A model generated the notes under the pieces. The model did no database searches and was not told the DNA's origin. It saw only the letters and a list, made by a program, of their open reading frames with translations. Below are positions 36,877-50,329 of a stretch of 64,000 nt of DNA, piece by piece (the first letter of the stretch is position 1; each line of letters begins with the position of its first letter). The DNA lies in contig CM059449.1 of NCBI GenBank assembly GCA_030390025.1, positions 14,942,001 to 15,006,000 on the forward strand. The letters are read 5' to 3'. Position numbers and translations under genes: made by a program. Source of the stretch: Squalus acanthias (taxonomy: Eukaryota).

Positions 36877-37347
36877 AGTATGTGGCTGATTCTCCTGTTG
36901 CTGCGCATGGGACTATTGAAACCCCTGAGCGCAGCGAATGCAGCAACATCGGACAGGATGCGGTTCGGGGCGTCTGCTGCTGTCCGCCCGATTTTCCTGC
37001 ATTGGCTGCGCCTAGGAGATTCAAGAGTCCAGGCACAGGAACGGGGAAAGCCTGCCCCTTAAACTTTTATGCGTTCACTCTCATTTCCACCGAATCGCTC
37101 CACAATTCCAACTGCTGGTTTATGTCCAAATGAATTAGTTGTTTTCTTCTTTTATATGCCTGGTTCATTTTTAAACCATTCGATAAAGTTTTGGATGCTT
37201 TCATACTGTACAACCTGCCTGAGAGTGGCAGCGACACAATATGGGTGCAGGCAGTTAGAATCTTGTCTATACCATTTGGCTCCAAGTCGAATTCACCTCA
37301 CCAAAAGTGAGCTCAGAACTGCATACTTATGGGCCCAGGTAAAAGAC

Positions 37348-39153
37348 TAAAATAAAGACTTGCATTTATAGAGCGCCTTTCACGACCACCCGACGTCCCA
37401 AAGTGCTTTACAGCCAATGAAGTACGTAAGAACATAAGAACATAAGAAATGGGAGCAGGATAAGGCCATTCGGCCCTTCGAGCCTGCTCCGCCATTCAAT
37501 GAGATCATGGCTGATCTTCTGCCTCAACTCCATTCACCGGCCCTATCGCCATATCCCTTGATGCCCTTACTAGTCAGAAATCTATCGACTTCTGTTTTGA
37601 ATATACCCAATGACTGAGCCTCCACAGCCCTCTGGGGTAGAGAATTCCAAAGATTCACCACCCTCTGTGTGAAGAAATTTCTTCTCATCTCAGTCCTGAA
37701 TGGCCTACCCTTTATCTTGAGGCTATGGCCCCTGGTTCTAGACTCCCCAGCTAAGGGAAACATTCTCCCAGCATCCATCCTATCAAGCCCTGTAATAATT
37801 TTGTATGCTTCAATCAGATCCCCTCTCATTCTTCTGAATTCAAGAGAATACAGGCCTAGTTTACTCAATCTCTTCTCATACGACAGTCCCGCCATCCCAG
37901 GAATCAATCTCGTGAACCTTCGTTGCCCTCCCTCTATGACAAGTATATCCTTCCTTAGGTAAGGAGACCAAAATTGTACACAGTACTCCAGGTGTGGTCT
38001 CACCAAGGTCCTATATAATTGGATTAAGAATTCTTTACTCCTGTACTCAAATCCTCTTGTAATGAAGGCCAGCATACTATTTGCCTTCCTAATGGCTTGC
38101 TGCACCTGCACATTCACTTTCAGTGACTCATGTACAAGGACACCCATATCCTTTGAGCATCTGCATTCCCCAATCTTTCACCATTTAGGAAATACTCTGC
38201 CTTTCTGTTTTTACTAGCAAATTGGATAACTTCACATTTAACCACATTATATTCCATCTGCCATGTTCTCGCCCACTCACTGGGCCTGTCGAGATCCCCT
38301 TGAAGCCTCTTCACATCCTCTTCGCAACTGACACTGCCACCTAGCTTTGTATCATCAGCAAATTTGGAAATGTTACATTTAGTTCCCTCATCCAAATCAT
38401 TGATATAGATTGTGAATAGCTGGGGCCCAAGCACCGATCCTTGCAGTATCCCACTAGTCACAGCCTGCCATCCTGAAAAAGACCCGTTTATCCCTACTCT
38501 TTGTTTTCTGTCTGTTAACCAATTCTCAATCCATGCTAGTATATTACCCCCAATTCTATGTGCCCTAATCTTGTGTGGGACCTTATCGAAGTCTTTCTGA
38601 AAATCCAGATACACCACATATACCGGTTCCCCTTTGTCTACTCCAACAATTACATCCTCAAAGAACTCCAATAGGTTTGCCAAACAGGATTTCCCTTTCA
38701 TAAATCCATGTTGACTCTGCCCAATCTTACTATTAGTTTCTAAGTGCCCAGTTATTGAATCCTTTATAATTTTTTGAAGTGTAGTCACTGTTGTAATGTG
38801 GGAAATGCGCCAGCCAATTTGCACACAGCAAGCTCCCTCAAAAAGCAATGTGATAATGACCAGATAATCTGTTTTAGTGATGTTGATTTGAGATATAAAT
38901 ATTGGCCAGGACACTGGGGAGAACTCCCCCCTGCTCTTCTTCAAAATAGTGCCATGGGATCTTTTAAGCCCACCTGAGAGAGCAGACTGGACCTCGGTTT
39001 AACGTCTAACCCGAAAGACGGCACCTCCAACAGTGCAGCACTCCCTCAGTACTACACTGGAGTGTCAGCCTAGATTTTTGTGCTCAAGTGTCTGGAGTGG
39101 CACTTGAATCCAAAACCTTCTGACTGAGGCGAGGGTGCTACCCACAGAGCTGG
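37348..39153 (-). mobile_element. Deu-SINE split by a CR1 insertion (37426-38770)
   Basis: SINE tail at 37348-37425 and body at 38770-39153; CR1 ORFs 37524-38147 and 38120-38770 (FADD). Confidence 0.87.
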
Positions 39154-39789
39154 CACACATTTGACGACTGTCCTCGATATACTTTGAACCAGGGCCAAAG
39201 AAATGACCTTGGTGAATACCCGCGGGTGTTCTCCCGATCGTCCGCAGTAATTTCCTCTTACATTCTCATAAGAAACAGAAGCAGGGGTTGGCCATTCGGG
39301 CTCAAAGTACTAATGAACAACAGAATAGATTAGATTGAGTTTATAATGTAACATATGATTTTTTCTGAGAGTGTAAGAACCAACATAATTAACAGGAGGA
39401 AAGACAGTTCGGGGATAATTGAAAGTATGGAGAATGAAGAGACGAGCAGCTGAGCGACTAAGGAGCAGAATGTAATGAACTTGGGGGTGGATCAGACTGT
39501 GGCCCGAGTAACTCACAGGCATGAATCGAAGTCTGCCAGGAGTTGGTGTCTTATGGGTATAACTATGCGAACTCCATTGTGCTCTGTTACTTCGGCGAAT
39601 GCGGTTCATTCCCTATTGATTGCCTGGGCCAGCAGAGGTCTCCCGGATCTTTCTTTATGATCTGTTACGAGTGGGTTGCATCGCTTTAGTATATCGCTGC
39701 ATACGTACTTTCCTGTAGGTTATGTGGACTTTGGACTTAAATAAAGTGATACAAAAATATATAATGTGTTGAGATACCTTGAACACTTT

Positions 39790-40595
39790 TTAAATTCGTT
39801 TTTAAGAGACGTGGGCGTCGCTGGCAAGGCCAGCATTTATTGCTCATCCCTAATTGCCCTTGAAGGTAGTGGTGAGACGCCTTCTTGAACCACTGCAGTC
39901 CGTGTGGTGAAGGTACTCCCACAGTGCTGTTAGGGAGGGAGTTCCAGGATTTTGACCCAGCGACGATCAAGGATGGGGTGTGACTTGGAGGGGAACTTGG
40001 AGGTTCCCATGCGCCTGCTGCCCTTGTCCTAGGTGGAAGAGGTCGTGAGTTTGGGAGGTGCTGCTGAAGAAGCCTTGGCGAGTTGCTGCAGCGCATCTTG
40101 TAGATGGTACAGACTGCAGCCACGGTACACCGGTGGTGGAGGGAGTGAATGTTTAAGGTGGTGGATGGGGAGCCAATCAAGCGGGCTGCTTTGTCCTGGA
40201 TGGTGTCGAGCTTCTTGAGTGTTGTTGGAGCTGCACTCATCCAGGCAAGTGGAGAGTATTCCATCACACTCCTGACTTGTGCCTTGTAGATGGTGGAAAG
40301 GCTTTGGGGAGTCAGGAGGTGAGACACTCGCCGCAGAATACCTAGCGTCTGACCTGATCTTTTTGCCACCGTATTTAGGTGGCTGGTCCAGTTAAGTTTC
40401 TGGTCAATGGTGACCCCCAGGATGTTGATGGTGGCTGATTCGGCGATGGTAATGCCATTGAATGTCAAGGGGCGGTGGTTAGACGATCGCTTGTTGGAGA
40501 TTGTCATTGCCTGGCACTTGTGTGGCGCGAATGTTACCTGCCACTTATCAGCGCAAGCCTGAACGTCGTCCACCGGGTCTTGTTGCATGCGGGCA
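39790..40595 (-). mobile_element. Crack/L2-group LINE (RT C-terminus and tail)
   Basis: ORF 39737-40621 'WQVTFAPHKCQAM...ILGVTIDQKLNW...IYKAQVRSVMEY'. Confidence 0.85.
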
Positions 40596-42619
40596 CGGAC
40601 ATACCGGCTGAACACACGCACTCAGGCCAAACACTTACCAAACTGTTTCCTAAAGAAATCAAGTGGCATTAAGATAATAATGAAACAGCGACCGCACTGG
40701 AACAAAAACGCAAAAACAAAGCGCTGCGGATTGTTAGAAATCTGAAATAAAACAGGAAATGGTGTGGAAACGCTCAGCGGGTCAGGCAGCATCTGTGGAG
40801 AGAGAGAAGGAGAAACAGAGTTAATGTTTCAGGTCGATGAGCTTTCATTAGAACTGGTTGATTTTCGAGCTGAATAGCATATAAGCAAGTACAGAGCCAG
40901 GGAAATTTAAAAAAATGGTGAAATGTCTGTGATAGGGTGGCGGGCACCCAGTGGAGGGCACCAAGTGTACTAGATTGGGACTTGTGAGATTCATGACAAT
41001 ATATGATTGACCACGACTTTCAACGCCAGCAACTGCATGACCATTCTTTTCGTTGGAGCCTCATCACGAGACATATTACTGGCTACACCGCCGATGATGC
41101 TATCTGATGGACTGCACTGATACATTTTTGACTGTGCCAAGATGTCTCCTTCATTTTGGTTACATGCTGGAATGAATGAACTGATTTATTCGAAATGCAC
41201 CCTTTCGGTTTAGTGTACGTTGCCTGAATTTGAACCTGTAAATATATGCCTTTCCTGGAAGGGACGGAACGCTGCTTTAAAGGCATATCTCCTATTGGAG
41301 ATGGTAAATAGATTCTGCAATGAGATTCGAATGATCACCTGGCGTTTCTTAACATGCACACCGAAAAAGACAACAGCAGCGCCGCATAAATAGAATCTAC
41401 AACAAAAACACCTGAACATTCTGCAAATAGACAGCAGGTCAGTCAGCATCTGTGGAGAGAGAATATGGGTGAACATTTCGAGCGGGAGCGTTCTTCAGAA
41501 TTGAAAAAATGAGAGGGGTTGGAAAAATAGTTGCCGATACCTCAATACGCGGAGGCTAATGGGTTGGATGATCTGTTAGCTGCTCCAAACAAGAATAGGG
41601 GATTGTTAGATGCTACAAAGCATTGAAATGTTAGAAGCACGCAAACATTGCCTCAAGGGGAAAAAACACAAAATAGGCCGTCATTAAAGATCCAGTCCTG
41701 TCCCTCCAGAGCTGTGTTCCGACTAGAAGTCAACCCGCCACTTCAGAACTCTCACAGCAACATTAGCTTGTATCTGCATAGCACCTTCAATGTAAAAAAA
41801 ATAGTCCCAAGGTGCTTCATAATGGTACAAGGAAAGATCCACGCCAAGCCTGAGAAGGAGTTCTTAGAAATGACCAAACGCTTGATGAAAGTGGCGGGTT
41901 TTAAGGAAAGTCTAAAAGGAGAAGATGGTGGAAAGGCGGAGGGGTTTGGGGAAGAGGTTCCAGAGAATGAGGCCTGTATGGCTGAAAGCACAGCCAATGA
42001 TGGTGATGTAGAGGGGGGAAACACAAGGTGGGAATCAGAGAAACCGAGGTCTAGGGCTGGGGGGGCTTTGTACGGATGGAGGCGCTTCGAGGCCATGCAG
42101 GACTAGCATGTGTGTTTTTCCAACATTTCACTTTTCATTTTAGGCCCACATCTGCCGGAAGTCTCTCTTTTTTGTAAGTTCCTCCATTTTCTAATTACCT
42201 AATGGCCCGTTGGTTTGTTTCTTTCATAACTTCCTGACTGAGATGCTCTTACAATCGCCTGACAATCTCCTACTTTTCTATTCAGCAGGATTGTCATTCC
42301 ATTAACTTGCTCTGGAGCATCTGTCGTTTCCTCTTCTCCCTTTTGCTGATTCTATTAAGATGATTAGTTATCTTTTATCTCGGTTCTGCAGAAGAGTTCG
42401 GTACGAAATGTTCATCTCTCTTTTTATTTCTACAGATGTTGACTGCCCTGCTGTGCACTTTCAACATTTCCTGTTTATGTTTCGCAATAGCAGCACTCCT
42501 CTGTAAGGAAGTGTAGCACTTGGATTCAAGTCAAGAATGATCGTCCTGCAGCTCGTTAAAAATCGATGTGCTTGACATAATCAGGACCATCCCTCCTCCT
42601 TCGCAAACATAGGCTTCTT

Positions 42620-42970
42620 ATAATCATAGACGTTTATGGCACAGAAGGAGGCCATTCGGCCCATCGCGTCCGTGCTATCCAGCCTAATCCCACTTTCCAA
42701 CTCTTGGTCCGTAGCCTTGTAGGTTACAGCACTTCTAGTGCATATCCAAATACTTTTTAAATGCGATTAAGTTTTCTGCCTCTACCACCCTTTCAGGCAG
42801 CGAGTTCCAGATCCCCACCACCCTCTGGTTGAATACGTTTTCCTCAACTCCCCTCTAATCCTTCTACCAATTACTTTAAATCTATGCCCCCTGGTTCTTG
42901 ACCTCTTCGCTAAGGGAAACAGGTCCTTCCTATCCCTCTATCTAGGCCCCTCATAATTTTATGCACCTTG
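42620..42970 (-). mobile_element. CR1 3' fragment
   Basis: Reverse-complement match to CR1 tails. Confidence 0.75.
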
Positions 42971-43343
42971 ATGAAGAGAATGTTAATCAATTACTTGGAA
43001 AGAATTACAGTCTTGCAGCGATATTACATTAAAAGATGTCATCGATATAGACTTCAATGTAGGGGGCATTATTAAGAAGTTTGCAGATGATACAAAAATT
43101 GGCCGTTTGGTTGATAATGAGGATGAAAGCTGTAGAATGCAGGAATATATCAATGGAGTGGTCAGCTGGGCAGAAAAGTGGCAAATGGAATTAGGGGTAC
43201 AGTAGCATAGTGGTTATGTTACTGGCCTAGTAATTCAGGGGCCTGGACTAATGATTTGGAGACTATGAGTTCAAATCACCACCACTGCAGCTGGAGAATT
43301 TAAATTCAATTACTTAAATAAATCTGCAATAAAAAGCTAGTAT

Positions 43344-46300
43344 TGTTGTGGCTGCCGCGAAACACAAATTAAGGCCGAGTCCATGTGTGGAACACAAAGC
43401 TTTTAATTACATCTGCCTGGTAAAATGGCTGCTAACCAACTGAACTGAAAACTCTGAGGCCACGCCCACTCCTTTTCTCCTGCCTTAAAGGCAGCATGCC
43501 TTAAAGGCAAGGTGCCCGATTTATTGTCCACGGATGGAAAAGTGGATTGCGCCCGTTTAAGTGGCGATCCGCCACACAGCTCCCCCCAGAACCCGCTTAG
43601 GAGGTGTGGACGAGATGGTGCGGCCGTCTGATGGGCCGGCCGGAGCGGCTGTTGTAGGACGCCGGTGGACTTGGAACGGCCGGGCGTGGAGCAGCCGGGT
43701 GAACTGGCTTGAGGGCAGGTCGGCTGCGTGGTGGTGGACGAGCTACAGGGACCTGCTCACTGGGCTCCGACTGTGCTGGCTTGAGTTGGTCAACCGGCAC
43801 ATTTTCGGTCCTGTCGCCCACTTGCAGGGTGAAAAATTTGTCCCCAGCCTTTAGCACCTTGTAGGGCCAGTTGTACGGGGTTTGAAGGGGTCCGCGGTGG
43901 GCGTCGTGCCGGACGAAAATGAACCGTGCCTGGTGCAGGCTTAGTGGGACGTGTGAGGTGGATTCGCTCTTTGGGCAATGGGCACCGGGGCAAACTGTAG
44001 CGTCGGTGAGGCGAAGTCGTGGCGTTGCTGGTCGGCTGACCAGGGTGTCGTGGCGGTGGGCAAGAACTCGCCGGGTATGCGCAGCGGCTGACCGTACATG
44101 AGCTCTGCTGCCGATGTGTGGATGTCTTCTTTAACCGCGGTGCGCAGGCCGAGGAGGACCCATGGAAGTCGGTCAGTCCAGGCACCGTCCTGGAGACTGG
44201 CTCGAAGAGATGCCTTCAAGGATCTGTGGAACCGCTCACACAGTCCGTTGGCTTGGGGGTGGTACGCTGTGGTGCGGTGAATGGTCAACCAGAGTTTGCG
44301 TGCGACGGCGGTCCAGAGTTCACAGGTAAATTGCGGACGTCTGTCCGACGTCATGTCGGAGGGGACGCCGAACCGTGTGACCCAGGTGCTGACGAAGGCT
44401 CTGGCGATGTCGGCGGTGGTGGTAAAGGTCAGTGGAATTAACTCAGGCCAGCGTGTGGTGCGGTCAACGATCGTCAGCAAGTGCGTGTGGCCTTGCGACG
44501 GCGGCAGGGGACCGACGATGTCCACGTGGATGTGGTCGAATCTCCGCGAAGGGATGGTAAACTCCTCGAGGGGTGCTTTAGTGTGTTGCTGCACCTTGGC
44601 CCATTGGCAGGCTAGGCAGGAGTTGGCCCAATACGCACATCCTTGCGAAGGCCGCGCCAGACAAAGCAGTTGGCTACCAATTTGATGGATGCGCGGGCGC
44701 CGGGGTGGGAGAGGTTGTGGAGAATCTCGAATACCCGGCGGCACCAGGATGCTGGGACGACGGGCCGAGGTTGACATTGGGATAGGTTGCACTTGACATT
44801 GACTGCGGTCGGGCCACAGGCGACGTCGGCCAGGCGTAGCCCTGGTAGGTTGGTAGGTGCGGAGAGCAGATCAGGTTCGGTGATCTGGTCTGCTGCGAGT
44901 TGAGCGTAGTCGACTGCTAGGTGTGCGGCGTGGATGGCGGGGCGGGAGAGGCAGTCGGCTACCACATTGTCTCGGCCGGGGACGTGTTGGATGTCCGTGG
45001 TGAACTCGGACACTGCCGCGAGCTGGCGCTGCTGCCTGGCGGACCAGGGGTCGGTTGTCTTTGCCATTGCGAATGTCAGGGGCTTGTGGTCGACAAACGC
45101 CGTGAAGGGGTGGCCCTCCAGCAAAAAACGAAAATGGCGGACCGCCAGGAACAGCGCGAGGAGCTCACGGTCGAAGGTGCTGTACTTGACCTCCGGGGGG
45201 CGTAGTTGGTGGCTGGAGAAGGCAAGTGGCTGCCTGGCGCCGTCGACCCAGTGCTCATACATGGCGCCGACCGCGTGGTCGGGGGTGTCCGTGGTGAGTG
45301 CTACCCTGGCATTGGGCCGTGGGTGCGCGAGCAGGGTGGCGTTGGCGAGCGTGGTCTTGGTGGAGTCGAAGGCGGCTGACACATCTGCCGTTCATTCGAC
45401 TGCCATCTTGCCGCTCCTGCCCCGGAGGGCTTCATACAGGGGCCTCATGAGGGACGCCGCTTTGGGGATTAAGCGGTTGTAGAAATTCACCATCCCGAGG
45501 AACTCCTGGAAGCCTTTGATGGTGGTGCGGCGGGGAAATTGTTGGATGGCCTGCACCTTCGTGGGCAGGGGAATGGCCCCAGCATGGGTGATGTGGTGGC
45601 CGAGGAAGTCGATCTTGTCCAGGCCGAACTGGCATTTGGCTGGGCTGAGGATGAGCCCATGGTTGCTGAGGCGCCCGAACAGGATGCGAAGGTGTTCGAG
45701 GTGTTCCTGCTTGGAGGAACTGGCTACCAGGATGTCGTCCAGGTAGACGGACAGGGACTTCAGGTCCTGAAGGACCGAGTCCATGAGCCGTTGGAATGCC
45801 TGGGCCACGTTTTTGAGGCCGAAGGGCATCCGCAGGAAATCGAAAAGGCCGAAAGGGGTGATTACGGCCGTCTTGGGGACGTCCGTGGGGTGGACGGGGA
45901 CTTGGTGGTAGCGGCGCACCAGGTCGACCTTGGAAAAGACTGAGCGGCCGGCCAGTCTAGCCGAGAAGTCCTGGATGTGCGGCACGGGGTACCGATCATG
46001 GGTGGTGGCGTCACTGAGGCAGTGGTAATCCCTGCAGGGGCACCAACCCCCGCCTGGTTTGGGCGCGATGTGGAGTGGGGAGGCCCAGGGACTGTTGGAG
46101 TGGCGGATGATGCCGAGCTGTTCCATGGTGGCAAACTCAGTCCGCGCGATCTCCAGTTTGGCCGGGTCCAGCCTGCGGGCGTGGACATACACTGGGGGGC
46201 CTGTGGTGGGGATGAAGTGTTCCTCCCCGTGTTTGGTGGCCTCCGCGGAGAAGGTCGGATTGGTAAGGGCTGGGAATTCGGCCAGGAGTGCCGTGTAGTC

Positions 46301-47680
46301 ATCCGTGGCCTGGGCGTGGCACTGTGACGCCATGTCGGTGGGTTGACGGGGGGCCATGGCGCCCAGGATGGGGGACATGGTGTTCATGTCCACGAGGCGG
46401 TGTCGAGGGATGTCTACCAGTAGGCCGTGGGCGCACAGGAAATCCGCGCCGATGAGAGGGGAGAGCACCTTGGCAGTGATGAACTCCCATCGGTAGCGGT
46501 GACCAGCGAGGTCGAGGGTGACTGTGCGGGTGCCGTGCGTCCGGATGTCTGAGCCGTTAGCAGCAGCCAGCGCCGGTCCTCGTTTGCCCTTTTGGATGTC
46601 GAGGGAGGAGGCCGGGATGATGTTGTGCTGAGCTCCAGTGTCGCACAGGAACCGACGGCCGGTTTTGTCATCCATGACGTACAGCAGGGGGCCCGCGTGG
46701 CCCACGGCCATCGTGGGGGCTGGTACGGGGGCAGACTTGAAAGAGCAGGGAGGTGTGCAACATTGTGCCCTGGCGCCGAACCGTGCATGGTAGTAAAAGT
46801 GGCCCGGGTTAGTGGGGCGCGAAGGCCCCGTGAGCCCGGTGGCTGGGCCTTGTGGCCACGTGGTGGCCGGTGAGGGGCACGCCCAGGCAGTAGCTGCCAG
46901 GTCCGGAGTGACGTCGCGGCTGGAGTGAGCGGACAGCAGCTTGTCGACCTCATTGGCCAGGGCTTCCAGGTCCGTGAGGCCGGACACCACAATCGCTGGG
47001 CAGATGCTGAGAGGTAGCTGGCGGATGAACAGCGTGCGGAAGAGGGATCCGGGTGGGGTCTCGTCGGTGAGGGAGAGCATGTGGGAGAGGAGGTCTGACA
47101 GTGAGGCATCACCAAGGCCTGGAAGGTCGAGGAGGTGGTAGTTTCGCTGGTATGTCGAGGCCGTAAATTTTTTAAGGAGCGCAGCCTTTAGATGTGCATA
47201 CTTGTCCCCCTCTGGTGGGTTCTGCAGCACTGTCCAGACCTTCGTAACTGTGGAGCTACCGAGTGATGTGACGAGGTAGTCGTACTTCGTCCCATCTGTG
47301 GTGATTTGTTGCAGCCGGAATCGGGACTCAGCTTGGAGAAACCAGGCTTCGGGCTGGTTTTCCCAAAACTCTGGCAGTTTCACGGAAACTGCATTTGTGT
47401 CCGCCATTGCAGTGCTCGGAATACGTTCTGAGCGTCGGGGTCACCAATGTTGTGGTTGCCGCGAAACACGAATTAAGGCCGAGTCCATGTGTGGAACACA
47501 AAGCTTTTAATTACATCTGCCTGGTAAAATGGCTGCTAACCAACTGATCTGAAAACTCTGAGGCCACACTCACTCCTTTTCTCCTGCCTTAAAGGCAGCA
47601 TGCCTTAAAGGCAAGGTGCCCGATTTATTGTCCATGGACGGAAAAGTGGATTGCGCCCGTTTAGGTGGCGATCCAACACA
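43344..47680 (-). mobile_element. Full-length CsRn1-lineage Gypsy element, copy B (inactivated)
   Basis: 233-bp LTRs at 47448-47680 and 43344-43576 (about 10 mismatches); TSD GTAT at 43340-43 and 47681-84; tRNA-Trp PBS at 47433-47446; PPT at 43577-43587. Confidence 0.95.
43597..47407 (-). pseudogene. gag-pol of Gypsy copy B
   Basis: Single gag-PR-RT frame of 671 aa (DTG, YLDD) ends at a TGG-to-TGA stop at 45392-94; later frameshifts in IN. Confidence 0.9.
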
Positions 47681-50329
47681 GTATCAGTAATGATAACCAT
47701 GAAACTATCAGTTTGTCGTAAAAACCCATCTGGATCACTAATGTCCTTTAGGGAAAGAAATCTGCCGTCCTTGCCTAGTCTGGCCTATATCTGACTCCAG
47801 ACCCACATAAATGTGGTAGGCTCTTAACTGCCCTCTGAAATGGCCTAGCAAGCCAATTATTCAAAAAGGCAACTCACCAACACCTTCTCAAAGGCAATTG
47901 GGGGATGGACAACAAATGCTGGCCTTCCCAGCATAGTCCACATCCTGTGAATAAATAAGAAAAAATCTGGAGAAGTGTGACGCAATTGGGGAGGGCTAAT
48001 AAGGCAAAGGAATACACATTAAATGGTAGGTTACTCAGAAGCACAGAGGGACCTTGGAGTGTATGCCCACAGATCCCTGAAGGTAGCAGGACAGGTACAT
48101 AAGATGGTTAAGAAGGTATGCGGGATGCTTTCCTTTATTACCTGAGGCATAGAATATAAGAGCAGGGAGGTTATGCTTGAACTGTATAAAGCGCTAGTTA
48201 GGCCGCAGCTAGAGTACTGTGTGCCGTTCTGGTCACCATATTACAGGAAAGATGTGACTGCAGTAGAGAGCGTACAGAGGAGATTTACTAGGATGTTGCC
48301 AGGACTACAGAATTTTAGCTATGAGGAAAGATTGGATAGGCTGGGATTGTTTTCTTTGGAACAGAGGAGGCTGAGCGGAGACTTGATTGAGGTGCATAAA
48401 ATTATGAGGAGCCTAGATAGAGTGGATAGAGAGGGTCTAATTCCCCTAGCAGTGAGGTCAATAACCAGGGGACATCGATTTAAAATAATTGGTAGAAAGA
48501 TTAGAGGGGAGTTGAGGAGAACTTTTTTTCACCCAGAGGGTGGTGGAGGTCTGGAACTCAATGCCTGAGAGGGTGGAGGAGGCAGAGACCCTCATCACAT
48601 TTAAATAGTACTTGGGTATACACTTGAAGTGCTGTAACCTACAAGGCTACGGACCAAGAGCAGGAAAGTGGGATTAGGCTGGTGAGTTCTTTTTAAGCCA
48701 GCACAGACATAATGGGCCGAATGTCCCCCTTCTGTGCCGTAAAATTCTCTGATTCTAAAAGACTGAAATCCTCGCTCTATATTATCAATTTCTCTTGCTT
48801 GTCATTTTATTGGAGTCCTTGAAGTTTTTTTTAAAGTAAAAAGGTTAACATCTTCCTGAAAAGACATATACAATGGTTGCATGTGAAGGTGGTAAGTTTC
48901 CTTATATTTTATTTGTAAATTTAAGGCCCAGGCGTAACGTCTGAATTTTAGGCAGTTGCGATGGATTTTGGTCTGTTGGTATCTTTCTTCCACGTTATGA
49001 TGCTAACTAAAAGGAGGACGGAGCTGACCACAGACTGGGATGGAGTTCACTCAGGCTTTCCTTAGCAACGTGCAGTGTCGACTCAAGTTGACGAATGGTT
49101 CTCATTGCTTAAATTAAGTGACTGCAATTAAGAAACAGCACCACACATTTTTGCAACCTAACACTTTTCTAACACATTGGATTCCAGTTATAGGTTTTGA
49201 ACGAGGCTCAGTGTCTTTCATAGATTCGGCCTTTGACTCAAGTGCTTTGTTGCAGAGTTTCGTTGTTAGTGTGTATCCGGCTGAACACATGGAGCTACGT
49301 GCAGAATAGCACACTCGGCATGAACTTTAGTAACCTGCAGATGAGCCACATTCTGCACAGAAAACAAGTCAGTGAAAAAAGAGCAACAATTCTCTCTGTA
49401 AATATTAAACGTCTGGAAAAGCAAACGCGGCCAACAGAAAAAAAGAGCTTGATTTTGGTCATTTCGATTAGATTGATACAGGAAATTTAGGGGGCAAGAG
49501 ACATCTCATGAAGCTATTTACATAATTGACCCCCTGCCATCCCGCTGAAGGAGCTGAGTCACGGGTTGCCTATTGTTCCACAGGTGGTAACCCTTAGTGG
49601 CCATCTTCATCTGTGAGCCCGGACAATGATCGACGGAAGCTATTCAACTAAGGAGGGCTTCCCCTGCCGAATATTGTGCATCTGTCAATGTCAGCAGATG
49701 ACAGGTTGGGCCCGGTGGTTAATTCTGGCTCAGGTATCCCATTACTTAGGCTGTAACACAGTTACTTTGGTTCTGAACCTTTACTCCCATGAGTCAACAT
49801 GGAGGCATTTTGACTTAGAAGCCCTCACCTTACTTCCCGCACGATGGAGGATAGTCACTGGTTAGTCATTGGTCAACTGGTAAGGCTGGGACCACCCCCC
49901 CCCCGCGCTTCAAGGATAATGTAACCCATAACGGCCCAACGCCGCCTAGTTTAATATGTATTAGTATCTTTCCGTTTGGGTAGATAGTTCATATCATCAG
50001 ACCGGAATTTAGGCTGTTCATCACAAAAAAAACTGTTTATACTGTTGTTTGTGTTAATGCAAAGTGAAAATCAACGCATATGTAGTAATATAACTCTGAA
50101 GTTTCCCAGGACATTAACATCCTGATGTGTGAGGCTCCACATAGGAAGCCGTCTCTGACTGCTTGGAGTTCTCAAAGTGCGCATTATAAATGTAACTTCA
50201 AGAATGAAAAGTGGTGCATTTATATAGTGATTTTCAGTATTCCTGAAATGCCCTCGTCTCCTGCTCTTGTCCAAATAGAGCCAGGGCACATTTTACCTCC
50301 AGGTGAGAGGGTAGAAGATGTCTTGTATA

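Larger units (their letters stand above)
43040..48760 (+). mobile_element. CR1 interrupted by a SINE (43193-47966), which is itself interrupted by Gypsy copy B
   Basis: KFADDTK...WAEKWQME at 43077-43191 resumes near 47964 and continues into ORF 48173-48568. The SINE reads aaaaagctagtat|cagtaatg across the Gypsy insertion. Confidence 0.85.

Noticed and set aside
41339-41396. Apparent exon reading DSIYAAL (ITIM-like) or FYLCGAAVVFFGVHVKKRQ
   Set aside because: The acceptor and much of the sequence look like the decayed end of the adjacent Penelope tail; the donor is weak and there is no linked gene.
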